Source: an uncultured Actinomycetota bacterium
GTDB taxonomy: Bacteria; Actinomycetota; Actinomycetes; Propionibacteriales; Nocardioidaceae
Assembly: GCA_963777195.1 (NCBI GenBank)
Contig: CAVZPT010000001.1
Coordinates: forward strand, 13,363 to 77,362
Reading direction: 5' to 3'
DNA length: 64,000 nucleotides
Made by a program: the position numbers and the translations under genes. The notes below the pieces were generated by a model that saw only the letters and a program-made list of their open reading frames with translations, ran no database searches and was not told where the DNA came from. Below, piece by piece: positions 19,412-29,277 of the stretch; positions within the stretch are counted from its first letter, which is position 1, and the number at the start of each line of letters is the position of its first letter.

Positions 19412-21418
19412 GTGAAGCGAATCGTGCGAGGCCCATGGCTCTGGATCGTCGTAGCCGTGGTCGGTGTCCTGCTTGCCCTCCAGTATCTCGTGCCCAACGG
19501 CGGTTACACCGAGATCGAGACCTCCAAGATGGTCGACGAGATCAACTCCGGCCAGGTCAAGGAGATCACCTTCCGCGACGGGGGTGAGCAGCAGATCCAG
19601 GCGACCCTCGACGACGGCAAGAAGGTGATGTCCACCTGGGTCGCCGGGCAGCAGGTGCGCCTCGTCCGCAACGTGCAGAAGCAGGTCGCCGCCGGAACGA
19701 TCGAGAGCTACAACGTCAAGAACCCCAAGCCCAGCCTGCTCGGCCAGATCCTCGGCACGCTGCTGCCGTTCGCCTTGATCGTGCTGCTGTTCATCTTCTT
19801 GATGAACCAGGTCCAGGGCGGCGGCGGCCGGGTGATGCAGTTCGCCAAGTCCAAGGCCAAGCTGATCAGCAAGGACATGCCGAAGACCACCTTCGCCGAC
19901 GTGGCCGGCTGCGAGGAGGCGATCGAGGAGCTCGGCGAGATCAAGGAGTTCCTCCAGGAGCCCGCCAAGTTCCAGGCCGTCGGCGCCAAGATCCCCAAGG
20001 GCGTGCTGCTCTACGGCCAGCCCGGCACCGGCAAGACCCTGCTGGCACGCGCGGTCGCCGGCGAGGCCGGCGTGCCGTTCTACTCCATCTCCGGCTCCGA
20101 CTTCGTCGAGATGTTCGTCGGTGTCGGCGCCTCCCGCGTCCGGGACCTGTTCGAGCAGGCCAAGGAGAACGCCCCGGCCATCGTCTTCATCGACGAGATC
20201 GACGCCGTCGGCCGTCACCGCGGCGCCGGCATGGGCGGGGGTCACGACGAGCGTGAGCAGACCCTCAACCAGCTGCTGGTCGAGATGGACGGCTTCGACG
20301 TGCGCGGTGGCGTGATCCTGATCGCCGCGACCAACCGCCCCGACATCCTCGACCCGGCGCTGCTGCGTCCCGGTCGGTTCGACCGCCAGATCAGCGTCGA
20401 CGCCCCGGACCTGCGCGGGCGCGAGCAGATCCTCACGGTGCACGCGCGCGGCAAGCCGATGGCCCCGGGCGTCGACCTGCTCTCCGTGGCCCGCCGTACG
20501 CCGGGCTTCACCGGTGCCGACCTCGCCAACGTGCTCAACGAGGCGGCGCTGCTCACCGCCCGCCAGAACGGCAAGCTGATCGACAACGAGGCGCTGGAGG
20601 AGGCGATCGACCGCGTCATCGCGGGGCCGCAGAAGCGCACCCGGCTGATGAGCGAGAAGGAGCGGATGATCACGGCCTACCACGAGGGCGGCCACGCCCT
20701 GGTCGCCGCCGCGCTCCCCGGCACCGACCCGGTGCACAAGGTCACGATCCTGCCGCGCGGTCGGGCGCTGGGCTACACGATGGTGCTGCCCGACGAGGAC
20801 AAGTACTCCCAGACCCGTTCGGAGATGCTCGACAAGCTCGCCTACATGCTGGGCGGCAGGGCGGCCGAGGAGATGGTCTTCCACGACCCGACCACCGGCG
20901 CCGGCAACGACATCGAGAAGGCCACCGCGCTGGCCCGGGCCATGGTCACCCAGTACGGCATGACCGAGCGTCTCGGGGCGATCAAGCTGGGCGAGACCCA
21001 GGGCGAGCCGTTCCTCGGCCGCGACATGGGCCACACCCGCAACTACTCCGAGGACGTCGCCGCGATCGTCGACGACGAGACCAAGAAGCTGCTGACCCAG
21101 GCCCACCAGGAGGCCTTCGACATCCTCGAGGAGAACCGCGACGTCCTCGACTCGCTGGTCCTGGAGCTGATGGAGAAGGAGACCCTGGACAAGGAGCAGG
21201 TCGCGCGCGTCTTCGAGCCGCTGCGCCGCCGCCCTGTCCGTCCGGCGTGGACCGGTTCCCCGCACCGCTCGCCCTCGGCGATCCCGCCCGTGGTGATCCC
21301 GGCCAAGGTGCGGGCCGCCGCGGCGGACGGCGCCGCGCCGCCACAGGAGGAGGGCGCGGTCATCATCACCCCTCCCGGACAGGACGGCGACACCTTCGGG
21401 GAGAAGCCGACGTCGTGA
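19412..21418 (+). CDS. ftsH: ATP-dependent zinc metalloprotease FtsH
   Basis: Two TMs, [28 protein letters not shown]. Confidence 0.98.
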   Translation: MKRIVRGPWLWIVVAVVGVLLALQYLVPNGGYTEIETSKMVDEINSGQVKEITFRDGGEQQIQATLDDGKKVMSTWVAGQQVRLVRNVQKQVAAGTIESYNVKNPKPSLLGQILGTLLPFALIVLLFIFLMNQVQGGGGRVMQFAKSKAKLISKDMPKTTFADVAGCEEAIEELGEIKEFLQEPAKFQAVGAKIPKGVLLYGQPGTGKTLLARAVAGEAGVPFYSISGSDFVEMFVGVGASRVRDLFEQAKENAPAIVFIDEIDAVGRHRGAGMGGGHDEREQTLNQLLVEMDGFDVRGGVILIAATNRPDILDPALLRPGRFDRQISVDAPDLRGREQILTVHARGKPMAPGVDLLSVARRTPGFTGADLANVLNEAALLTARQNGKLIDNEALEEAIDRVIAGPQKRTRLMSEKERMITAYHEGGHALVAAALPGTDPVHKVTILPRGRALGYTMVLPDEDKYSQTRSEMLDKLAYMLGGRAAEEMVFHDPTTGAGNDIEKATALARAMVTQYGMTERLGAIKLGETQGEPFLGRDMGHTRNYSEDVAAIVDDETKKLLTQAHQEAFDILEENRDVLDSLVLELMEKETLDKEQVARVFEPLRRRPVRPAWTGSPHRSPSAIPPVVIPAKVRAAAADGAAPPQEEGAVIITPPGQDGDTFGEKPTS

Positions 21419-22023
21419 GCATCGACCCGGTGGGGCGGGAGACGCGACCGCTGGCCGCCTTCGACCACAAGCGGGCGGAGGCGGCGGTCCGGGAGCTGCT
21501 GATCGCGATCGGCGAGGACCCCGAGCGTGAGGGTCTGCGCGAGACCCCGGCCCGGGTCGCGCGGGCGTACGCCGAGCTGACCTCGGGCCTGCACCAGCAG
21601 GCCGAGGACGTGCTCACCACGGTCTTCGACATCGGTCACGACGAGATGGTGCTGGTGCGCGACATCGAGCTGTGGTCGATGTGCGAGCACCACCTGGTGC
21701 CGTTCACCGGCGTCGCCCATGTCGGCTACATCCCCAACGAGAACGGCAAGATCACCGGGCTCTCCAAGCTCGCGCGCCTCGTCGACGTCTTCGCCAAGCG
21801 CCCGCAGGTGCAGGAGCGGCTGACCACCCAGGTGGCCGACGCCCTGGTCCGCCTGCTGGAGGCGCGAGGCGTCATCGTGGTGATCGAGGCCGAGCACCTG
21901 TGCATGACGATGCGCGGCGTCCGCAAGGCCGGCGCCCGCACGATCACCTCCGCCGTGCGCGGCTCCATGCACAAGCCCGCCACGCGTGCGGAGGCGATGT
22001 CGCTCATCCTCGCGGCGCGATGA
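21415..22023 (+). CDS. folE: GTP cyclohydrolase I
   Basis: [38 protein letters not shown]. Confidence 0.97.
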   Translation: MSIDPVGRETRPLAAFDHKRAEAAVRELLIAIGEDPEREGLRETPARVARAYAELTSGLHQQAEDVLTTVFDIGHDEMVLVRDIELWSMCEHHLVPFTGVAHVGYIPNENGKITGLSKLARLVDVFAKRPQVQERLTTQVADALVRLLEARGVIVVIEAEHLCMTMRGVRKAGARTITSAVRGSMHKPATRAEAMSLILAAR

Positions 22024-22883
22024 GCGACCGGGGTGCCTGGGCCACGGCTCTGCCCCTCCTCGACCGGCCGGTGGTGATGGGTGTCGTCAACGTCACCCCC
22101 GACTCCTTCTCCGACGGGGGCCGCTTCGCCGGCACCGAGCAGGCGATCGCGCACGCGACGCTGCTGCGCGAGCAGGGCGCCGACATCCTCGACATCGGCG
22201 GCGAGTCCACCCGCCCGGGCGCGACCCGGCCGCTGGTGGCCGACGAGCTCGACCGGGTCGTCCCGGTGATCACCGCCCTGGCAGCCCAGGGCGCCGCGGT
22301 CTCGGTGGACACGATGCGCCACGAGGTGGCGGCGGCTGCTCTCGCCGCCGGCGCCGTGATGGTCAACGACGTCTCCGGCGGCCTGGCCGACCCGCGGGTG
22401 CTCGACGTCGTGGCGGATCGCGGTGCGGCGTACGTCGCGATGCACTGGCGGGCGCACTCGGCGGTGATGCAGGAGCACGCGTCGTACGCCGACGTGCTGG
22501 TCGAGGTCCGCGACGAGCTCGCGCGCCGGCTCGACGAGGCCACCGCGGCCGGCATCGACCGCTCCCGGATCGTCGTCGACCCGGGCCTGGGGTTCGCCAA
22601 GACCGCGGCCCACAACTGGCAGCTGCTGCAGCGGCTCCCCGAGCTGGAACCGCTGGGGGTGCCGATCCTGGTCGGGTCGAGTCGCAAGTCCTTCCTCGGC
22701 TCCCTCCTGGCCGACGCGGACGGGAACCCGCGCGACGTCCTCGACCGCGAGGACGCCAATGTGGCGTTGACCACGATCGCCGCGATCCAGGGGGTCTGGG
22801 GCGTCCGGGTGCACGAGGTCCGCGCCAGCATGGACGCCCTGCGGGTGGTCTCGCGGTGGCTGGGGTCCGCTCCGGGCTCCTGA
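22020..22883 (+). CDS. folP: Dihydropteroate synthase
   Basis: [43 protein letters not shown]. Confidence 0.97.
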   Translation: MSDRGAWATALPLLDRPVVMGVVNVTPDSFSDGGRFAGTEQAIAHATLLREQGADILDIGGESTRPGATRPLVADELDRVVPVITALAAQGAAVSVDTMRHEVAAAALAAGAVMVNDVSGGLADPRVLDVVADRGAAYVAMHWRAHSAVMQEHASYADVLVEVRDELARRLDEATAAGIDRSRIVVDPGLGFAKTAAHNWQLLQRLPELEPLGVPILVGSSRKSFLGSLLADADGNPRDVLDREDANVALTTIAAIQGVWGVRVHEVRASMDALRVVSRWLGSAPGS

Positions 22884-22908
22884 GGGCCCCGCGTACCCTC
22901 GAGGCACC

Positions 22909-23271
22909 ATGACAGACCAGCTAGCGGTGCGCGGCATCGCCGTCCACGGGCACCACGGCGTCTTCGACTTCGAGCGTCGAGACGGCCAGGAGTTCGTGGT
23001 GGACCTGGTCCTCGGCGTGGACACCGAGCCCGCCGCGGCGGCCGACGACTTGCAGCAGACCGTCGACTACGGAACCCTCGTGGACGAGGTCACCGCCGTC
23101 GTGGCGGGTGACCCAGTCGACCTGATCGAGACGCTGGCGCAGCGCATCGCGGATGCGTGCCTGCGTCACCAGCGAGTCGAGCGGGTAGAAGTGACCGTGC
23201 ACAAGCCGCACGCCCCGATCCAGGCAGCGTTCCAAGACGTTGCCCTGACCATCAACCGGAGTCGTCAGTGA
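22909..23271 (+). CDS. folB: Dihydroneopterin aldolase
   Basis: GHHGVFDFERRDGQEF, TVDY, LIETLA, KPHAP. Confidence 0.95.
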   Translation: MTDQLAVRGIAVHGHHGVFDFERRDGQEFVVDLVLGVDTEPAAAADDLQQTVDYGTLVDEVTAVVAGDPVDLIETLAQRIADACLRHQRVERVEVTVHKPHAPIQAAFQDVALTINRSRQ

Positions 23272-23834
23272 CCGAGTCCCCCAACCCGAACATCGTGGAC
23301 GCAGACACCATCACCGGTGAGATGCACCCGATCCGCCGGGCCGTGATCTCCATCGGCTCCAACCTCGGCGAGCGCCGGACCAACCTCCAAGGAGCCGTCG
23401 ACTCGCTCTCCGACACCCCTGAGGTGTGGGTGACCGCCGTCTCCCCGGTCTATGAGACCGTCCCGGTGGACTCCCCCGACGGTGCCCGTGACTACCTCAA
23501 CGCCGTGGTGATGCTCGACACGACGCTGTCGGCGCGCACCCTGCTCGAGCGCGCTCTGGCGATCGAGAGCGCCTACGACCGCGAGCGCACCGAGAAGAAC
23601 TCGCCCCGCACCCTCGACGTCGACCTGGTCGCCGTCGGTGACCGGCGCGCCGACGACGACGACCTGGTGCTGCCGCACCCGCGGGCCTCGGAGCGCGCGT
23701 TCGTGCTGATCCCGTGGCTCGACGTGGAGCCGGACGCCGAGCTCCCGGGCCACGGGCCCGTCTCCGAGCTCCTGGAGAAGGCCGGTCGCGAGGGCGTCAC
23801 GCTGCGCGAGGACATCGAGCTGGAGCTCGGCTGA
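23268..23834 (+). CDS. folK: 2-amino-4-hydroxy-6-hydroxymethyldihydropteridine diphosphokinase
   Basis: IGSNLG, SPVYET, YLNAV, PRTLDVDL, LPHPRASERAFVL. Confidence 0.95.
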   Translation: MTESPNPNIVDADTITGEMHPIRRAVISIGSNLGERRTNLQGAVDSLSDTPEVWVTAVSPVYETVPVDSPDGARDYLNAVVMLDTTLSARTLLERALAIESAYDRERTEKNSPRTLDVDLVAVGDRRADDDDLVLPHPRASERAFVLIPWLDVEPDAELPGHGPVSELLEKAGREGVTLREDIELELG

Positions 23835-23839
23835 GCCCG

Positions 23840-24331
23840 ATGGGCGAGCCGGATCCCGACGAGCGGGAGCCGGAGGAGTCCGCCGGCACGCTCAGGCCCA
23901 CCGGCCCCGGGGTCCTGGTGGCCTTCGGGGTGCCCGGCCTGGTGCTGGGCTGGGCGGTGCGCTCGTTCTCCCTGCGCTTCGGGTACGCCGAGCCGCGGAT
24001 CTCCCTGGTCTCGGTGGCGCTGCTGTTCTTCGCCGCCGCGGGGATCGGCGCGACGGCGTACCTCACCCGCCGGATGGTGCGCAGCCGGCGTCCGGACCTG
24101 CCGCACCACCAGGCGGTGAACCGACTCGTCCTCGGCAAGGCCGCCGCGCTCGCCGGGGTGCTGATCACCGGCGGCTACGCGGGCTACGCCCTGGCCCAGC
24201 TCGGGGTGGGCGAGCCGATGGCGCAGGCCCGGTTGTGGCGCTCCGGACTCGCCGCATTGGCGGCTGCCGCGGTGACCGTGGCCGCCCTGCTGCTCGAGCA
24301 GGCGTGTCGTGTCCCTCCCCGGAAGAGGTAG
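23840..24331 (+). CDS. DUF3180 membrane protein
   Basis: Four TMs, LVLGKAA, LLEQACRVP; typical position after folK in actinobacteria. Confidence 0.85.
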   Translation: MGEPDPDEREPEESAGTLRPTGPGVLVAFGVPGLVLGWAVRSFSLRFGYAEPRISLVSVALLFFAAAGIGATAYLTRRMVRSRRPDLPHHQAVNRLVLGKAAALAGVLITGGYAGYALAQLGVGEPMAQARLWRSGLAALAAAAVTVAALLLEQACRVPPRKR

Positions 24332-24348
24332 CCACCTACGCTGCGCCT

Positions 24349-24954
24349 ATGGCAGCCTCTCGTACCCCCATGCGTCGTCGGCAACGCAGCGTCCGGGTCA
24401 CCGTCTCGGTGACGCTGCTCTCGGTGGCCTCCGCCGCCGTGGTCCTGGCCCTGCCGACCCAGTCGCCGCTGTGGCTGAGCCTGAGCTCGGTGCTGGCGCT
24501 GGGGCTGTCGTGGGCCGCCCTGCGGATGATGTGGACCGAGGTGCTGCAGTCGCGGCGCGAGAACTCCACCGACCGCGCCGCCGCCGCGTCCGCCTACCGC
24601 AAGCTGTTCAGCCTGCGCGCCAGCGAGCACGCGGAGTTCACCACCGCGATGACCGAGCGGCTCGCCGAGGCGCACCTGTCCCAACGTGAGCTCGAGGGTG
24701 TCGTCGTGCACACCGAGACCCGCGCCCAGCGTGCCGAGTCCCGGCTGCTGACCGAGTCCAAGGCACTGGTGCAGGCCCGCGAGCGGATCCAGCAGCTCGA
24801 GGTGGCCGTGGCCGTGCGCCAGGCCGAGGAGGCCGACGCGCTGGCCACCTGGGAGGCCGAGGGCGGCGACAGTGTCGCCGCGCTGGTCGCGTGGGAGGAG
24901 CAGGCCATGCAGGGCTCCGCCCAGCAGGACGCCTCGATCCTCAAGCGCGCCTGA
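24349..24954 (+). CDS. Hypothetical membrane-anchored coiled-coil protein
   Basis: RRRQRS then two TMs and a coiled coil; -10 TACGCT 6 nt before ATG. Confidence 0.75.
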   Translation: MAASRTPMRRRQRSVRVTVSVTLLSVASAAVVLALPTQSPLWLSLSSVLALGLSWAALRMMWTEVLQSRRENSTDRAAAASAYRKLFSLRASEHAEFTTAMTERLAEAHLSQRELEGVVVHTETRAQRAESRLLTESKALVQARERIQQLEVAVAVRQAEEADALATWEAEGGDSVAALVAWEEQAMQGSAQQDASILKRA

Positions 24955-24994
24955 CCCCCGCGTCCCCGCCCACGGCCCGCGTAGGTTGGTCGTC

Positions 24995-25324
24995 ATGCCT
25001 GCCGACGTGCGCGATCCCGCTTCCCCCGCTCCCGCCCGCCGCGGCTCGCTGGACTGGTGGGTGCGCGACGAGCAGGGCCGGCGCAGCGTGGCCCAGCCGC
25101 CCAATCCCGCGGTCGCGGTGTGGCTGGGCACCGTCGTCGCGGGCTGGGTCGCCTCCCTCGCCGGGGCCGCATCGAGCACCCTGGACACCCTGCACCTCGT
25201 GGGTCGTGGCGCGCTGCTCGCCTGGGCCCTCGACGAGGTCGTGCGCGGCACCAGCCCGTTCCGCCGGGTGCTGGGCTCGGTCGTCCTGGTGGCCGTGCTC
25301 TACGGGTTGATCACCCGGGTCTAG
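24995..25324 (+). CDS. Small hypothetical membrane protein
   Basis: AQPPN...WALDEVVRGTSPFRRVLG pattern; TAGGTT -10 upstream. Confidence 0.65.
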   Translation: MPADVRDPASPAPARRGSLDWWVRDEQGRRSVAQPPNPAVAVWLGTVVAGWVASLAGAASSTLDTLHLVGRGALLAWALDEVVRGTSPFRRVLGSVVLVAVLYGLITRV

Positions 25325-25468
25325 GCACGCCGTTGCGGGGCTCCTGCGGCGGCTGACCACCGGTCCCCTGCGAGCGGGGGAGTCGATACAGTCAACCAGC
25401 GGGCTCGACTCCAAGCAGCCCCCGGACACGCGCGGGCGCGCCCGCGGGACACAGAAGGTGGGAGGACC

Positions 25469-26401
25469 ATGACGACGTCCCATCGCCGCCTCGCACCGAC
25501 CCTGCTCGCCCTCTGCCTCCTCCTCGGCGCTACCGCGTGCGGCAGCGAGGAACCCGCCGGCGGCGCGGGCGCCCCGGTGACGCTCGTCGGCCAGAAGTTC
25601 ACCGAGGCCGACATCGTGACCGAGCTCTACCGGCAGGTCCTCGCCAAGCAGGGCTTCGTGACCGAGGTCAGGACCATCGGCGCGCGCGACCTCTACCTCG
25701 AGCCGCTGCAGAAGGGAGAGGTGCAGGTCTCGACCGACTACCTCTCCTCGCTCACCGAGGCGCTGAACCGCAAGGCCAACGGCGACGACGCGGCTCCGGT
25801 CGCCTCGCCCGACGTCACAGCCACCCTGACGGCGCTGCAGCGGCTCGGCTCGTCGTACGGCATCACCGCGCTGCGGCCGGCGAGGGCCGAGGACGCCAAC
25901 GCCTTCGCCGTCACCCGGGAGTACGCCGAGAGGCACCACCTCGTCACCCTCAGCGATCTGGGCGCCCTCGGCAGGCCGGTGGCGCTCGCTGCGGCGGCCG
26001 ACTGCGGCAACCGCCCGGACTGCGGCCGGGGCCTCAGGGGCGTCTACGGGATCAGGCTGGCCAAGGTCGAGCCGTTGGGCTCCGGCACCCCGGAGACCAA
26101 GACCGCGCTGCAGACCGGCGAGGTCCAGCTCGGGCAGGTCGGCACCAGCGACGGCAGCCTGGACGCGCTCGGGCTGGTCGTGCTGGAGGATGACCTGGAC
26201 TGGCAGAACGCCGAGAACCTGGTGCCGGTCGTGAACACCGCGTGGTTGCGGGAGAACCCCCGAGCCCGGGCGGCCCTCGAGGAGCTCTCAGCGGTGCTGA
26301 CCACAGCGGACCTCACCGCCCTCAACGCCGAGGTCGACGGTGGGCGGCTCGAGGCCGGCGACGTCGCGAACGACTATCTGTTGGAAAAGGGGCTGGTCTA
26401 G
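25469..26401 (+). CDS. Glycine betaine/osmoprotectant ABC substrate-binding lipoprotein (OpuAC/OsmF-like)
   Basis: Lipobox ATAC, QKFTEADIV, RPDCGRGL, LEDD...AENLVPVV; GGAGG RBS. Confidence 0.85.
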   Translation: MTTSHRRLAPTLLALCLLLGATACGSEEPAGGAGAPVTLVGQKFTEADIVTELYRQVLAKQGFVTEVRTIGARDLYLEPLQKGEVQVSTDYLSSLTEALNRKANGDDAAPVASPDVTATLTALQRLGSSYGITALRPARAEDANAFAVTREYAERHHLVTLSDLGALGRPVALAAAADCGNRPDCGRGLRGVYGIRLAKVEPLGSGTPETKTALQTGEVQLGQVGTSDGSLDALGLVVLEDDLDWQNAENLVPVVNTAWLRENPRARAALEELSAVLTTADLTALNAEVDGGRLEAGDVANDYLLEKGLV

Positions 26402-26404
26402 CCG

Positions 26405-27529
26405 ATGGCCGATCGCGTCTACCTGCACATCGGGGCACCCAAGACCGGGACCAGCTACCTGCAGCTGCTCATCTGGAACAACCGGGCACGGCTGAAGGAG
26501 CAGGGGATCCACCTGCCCCTGCGCAAGCGGCGCAACCACTTCGACGCGGTCGCCGACCTCCGCGGCGGCATCTGGGCGCAGAAGTGGATCTCCCGGACCT
26601 GGGACCAGCTCGCCGCCAGCGTCGCCCGCACCGAGGGCGTGGCGGTGGTCAGCGAGGAACTGCTGTGTGCGACCCCGCTGGAGCAGCGCGAGCGGATCAT
26701 GGAGTCACTGGCTCCCGCCGAGGTGCACGTGGTGCTCACGGCCCGTGACATCGGCCGCCAGGTGCCGGCCAGCTGGCAGCAACTCGTGCGCGGGCGCGGG
26801 GTCTCGACCTACGAGAGCTTCATCCAGGAGATGCGCGACCACACCAAGTCGGCGTTCTGGACCGTGCAGGACCCGGTCTCGGTCTACCGCCGGTGGGGGC
26901 CGATGATCGGCAAGGGTCACTTCCACCTGGTGACCGTCCCGCCGGCCGGCAGCCCCGCGGGCCTGCTCTGGGAGCGGTTCGCCTCCGTGATCGGCGCCGA
27001 CCCGGCCCGGGCCGAGGCGCCGAGCCGCAACCAGAACGAGTCGCTCGGCCTGGTCGAGACCGAGCTGCTGAGACGGTTCAACGCCCAGCTCGGTGACGAC
27101 TTCCCGATGCGAGGGCCCTACATCGACAACGTCCGCCGCTGGATGACCGTGCCGGCCCTGATGGGGGTGGACAACGAGCGCATCGGGGTGCCCGACATCC
27201 ACGCCGCCTGGCTGCGCGAGCGCTCCGCGGAGATGGTCGGTGGGGTCGAGGCGCTGCGTGGAGAGCTGGACCTCGTCGGTGCGGCCGGCGACCTGTTCGC
27301 GGAGGTCAGACCCGCCACCAGGGCGCCGCAGGAGATCACCGACAGCGAGCTGCTGGAGCGCGCCCTGCGCAGCTGGACGCGGCAGCTGCACTTCCTCGAG
27401 GAGCGCGAGGCCGACCGGCTGGAGACGTTCCGCGCCGAGCGCGACGGGGTGCGGGCCGAGCGGTCGCTGGGCTACGGCCGGCGCGCAGCCCGCAAGCTGC
27501 GCCGGGTGGCAGCACGGGTCCGTCGGTGA
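26405..27529 (+). CDS. Sulfotransferase-fold (P-loop) protein
   Basis: YLHIGAPKTGTSYLQ (5'-PSB-like), VSEELL, RDIGRQVPASWQQ (3'-PB-like), NESL. Confidence 0.7.
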   Translation: MADRVYLHIGAPKTGTSYLQLLIWNNRARLKEQGIHLPLRKRRNHFDAVADLRGGIWAQKWISRTWDQLAASVARTEGVAVVSEELLCATPLEQRERIMESLAPAEVHVVLTARDIGRQVPASWQQLVRGRGVSTYESFIQEMRDHTKSAFWTVQDPVSVYRRWGPMIGKGHFHLVTVPPAGSPAGLLWERFASVIGADPARAEAPSRNQNESLGLVETELLRRFNAQLGDDFPMRGPYIDNVRRWMTVPALMGVDNERIGVPDIHAAWLRERSAEMVGGVEALRGELDLVGAAGDLFAEVRPATRAPQEITDSELLERALRSWTRQLHFLEEREADRLETFRAERDGVRAERSLGYGRRAARKLRRVAARVRR

Positions 27530-28209
27530 GCGACCCGGCCCCGTTGGCGACGCTGCGCGCGCTGGCCACGGCGTACGCCCGGGTGCCGGTGGGTGAGCCC
27601 GTACGCCGCGTCGCCGTCGTCGGGAACGCCCCGATGGAGCCCTCCGAGGAGCGGGCGGCGCAGATCGACGGCTGCGACCTCGTGTTCCGCGTGAACTCCT
27701 TCGTGCTGGACACCCCTGGCCAGCCGGCAGCGCAGGGGCGCCATGCCGACGTCGTGGTGTGGAGCCGGCTGGTGAAGGCCACCCCGCACCTCTTCGACCG
27801 CTACCGGGAGCGCTTGTTCGTGCTCCTCGAGCCGATGCGGATGTTCGGTCGCCCGGAGGTGTGGCCGGCCTCGTGGCCCGCCGACCTCGGCTTCGCGGTG
27901 GCCCGCAACGACGAGGTCGGGATCCCGCTGAACGAGGAGCTCGGCCTGCCGTGGCGCGAGGAGCAGCTGGCTCCCACCAGTGGGACCACCGCCGCCTGGT
28001 TGGCACTGCGGCTCTTCCCTGCCGCCGAGGTCCTGCTCACCGGCCTCTCCTTCGTCGACGCCCCCGACCAGACCAGCTGGGACCACCAGTGGGGCGACTC
28101 GGTGCGGGTCGGTGCCGAGCACCGGATCGCCGCCGAGGCGACGCTGGTGCGTGGCTGGCGCGACGCGGGCCGTGTGAGGATGCTCGCCATGACAGGAACG
28201 GAGTCCTGA
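27526..28209 (+). CDS. GT29 (sialyltransferase)-like glycosyltransferase
   Basis: Sialylmotif L RVAVVGN...IDGCDLVFRVN, motif S PTSG...EVLLTGLSF, motif VS HRIAAE (HxxxxE); GTGA-coupled to the upstream gene. Confidence 0.75.
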   Translation: MSDPAPLATLRALATAYARVPVGEPVRRVAVVGNAPMEPSEERAAQIDGCDLVFRVNSFVLDTPGQPAAQGRHADVVVWSRLVKATPHLFDRYRERLFVLLEPMRMFGRPEVWPASWPADLGFAVARNDEVGIPLNEELGLPWREEQLAPTSGTTAAWLALRLFPAAEVLLTGLSFVDAPDQTSWDHQWGDSVRVGAEHRIAAEATLVRGWRDAGRVRMLAMTGTES

Positions 28210-28565
28210 TGCGGGCGCTCACCGCCACCGGTCGGATCAAGCGCCTCGAGGAGCGCGCCGAGCGCCAGCACCAGCGCATCGCCGACCTCGAGCGCGAGCT
28301 CGGCCGGCTCTCCCCTCAGGTCGCCGCGCTCGAGGAGCGGATCGAGGACCTGCGCCAGCTCCTCGAGACCCCCGACCTGGACGCCACACCCGCCGAGCGC
28401 GCCGAGGCCCGCTCGCTCGTGGAGGAGATCCGCCGCGAGCACGCCCAGGTCCGTGCCCGGATCACCGCCGCCACGGTCTTCGAGGAGCGCCTGCGCGTGC
28501 TCGAGGCCCAGGCCGGCCTCGACTCCCGCACCGGCCGCCCGCTGCCCGCCCCGGCCGAGGATTGA
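28209..28565 (+). CDS. Small coiled-coil hypothetical protein
   Basis: Heptad-rich RIKRLEERAE...LEERIEDL; TGATG coupling to the GT29-like gene. Confidence 0.7.
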   Translation: MRALTATGRIKRLEERAERQHQRIADLERELGRLSPQVAALEERIEDLRQLLETPDLDATPAERAEARSLVEEIRREHAQVRARITAATVFEERLRVLEAQAGLDSRTGRPLPAPAED

Positions 28566-28692
28566 CCCGCCGCCCTGCGGGATGGGCGCGGCCCGGTGGC
28601 TGAGGAGACGTACGCCGTCACCTGGTCCGCATGGGCCAGGAGTGCGGTAGATCCGGCTCACCTGGTGCGCCCGATCGACCGCACAGTGGCCA

Positions 28693-29200
28693 CTTGCGGG
28701 GGGCCGCCGGTGTGCCGTTGCCGACGTAGGTGATGCCGGGTGCGGGTCGGGTGTGCTCGATGAGCTGACCAGCGCCGGCGTCTTCACGCTGGACAAGGTC
28801 TTCTCCAAGATCGGGTCCCGCCACGGCTTCGAGCAAGTCCTGGTCATCTCCAGCGACAACCAGCCTGGCGACACGATCACGGCCACCGACCTGCACGGCG
28901 AGAATCCACCAGACCCTGTTCCGCTACCTCAACAAGCAGCTCCTCGCCCCACACGCGAGAGACTCCTCCGACCCACCATTCGGCGACCCCGTCCCTCACC
29001 GGCACCGAGCGACCTGCCCGCCGACCCGGTCCTCAAGACACGACGAGTTGCGCGAGATGCCGTGCTCGGCGCAGAAGGTCGAGTCCGCCCCACGGGCAGC
29101 CACCGCCCGAGACTCCCGACAGAAGTGTCACCACCAAACATCGCGAACGTGTCACCGATGTCCTGGTGCAGAGCTGTCACCGATGTCCTGCGACATGACA
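28693..29200. mobile_element. Degenerate, rearranged IS481-family remnant including one terminal end
   Basis: Peptide fragments recalled from actinobacterial IS481 transposases (HQTLFRYLNKQ; LTSAGVF...TDLHGE; LIEHTRPAPGITYVGNG on the minus strand); two copies of TGTCACCGATGTCCTG at 29150 and 29175; terminal ...CATGACA at 29200. Confidence 0.65.
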
Positions 29201-29248
29201 CGGGTGGCACAACGCGTTGTCCACAGATGTCGAACACCCACTCGATTG

Positions 29249-29270
29249 TGTCGGTGCTCGATCCTAGAAT
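29249..29270 (+). promoter_or_regulatory. RecA-NDp (PafBC-type) DNA-damage promoter, with a degenerate SOS box just upstream
   Basis: TGTCGGTG-N8-TAGAAT, 7 nt before ATG 29278; TCGAAC-ACCC-ACTCGA at 29230-29245. Confidence 0.75.
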
Positions 29271-29277
29271 GGGTGCC

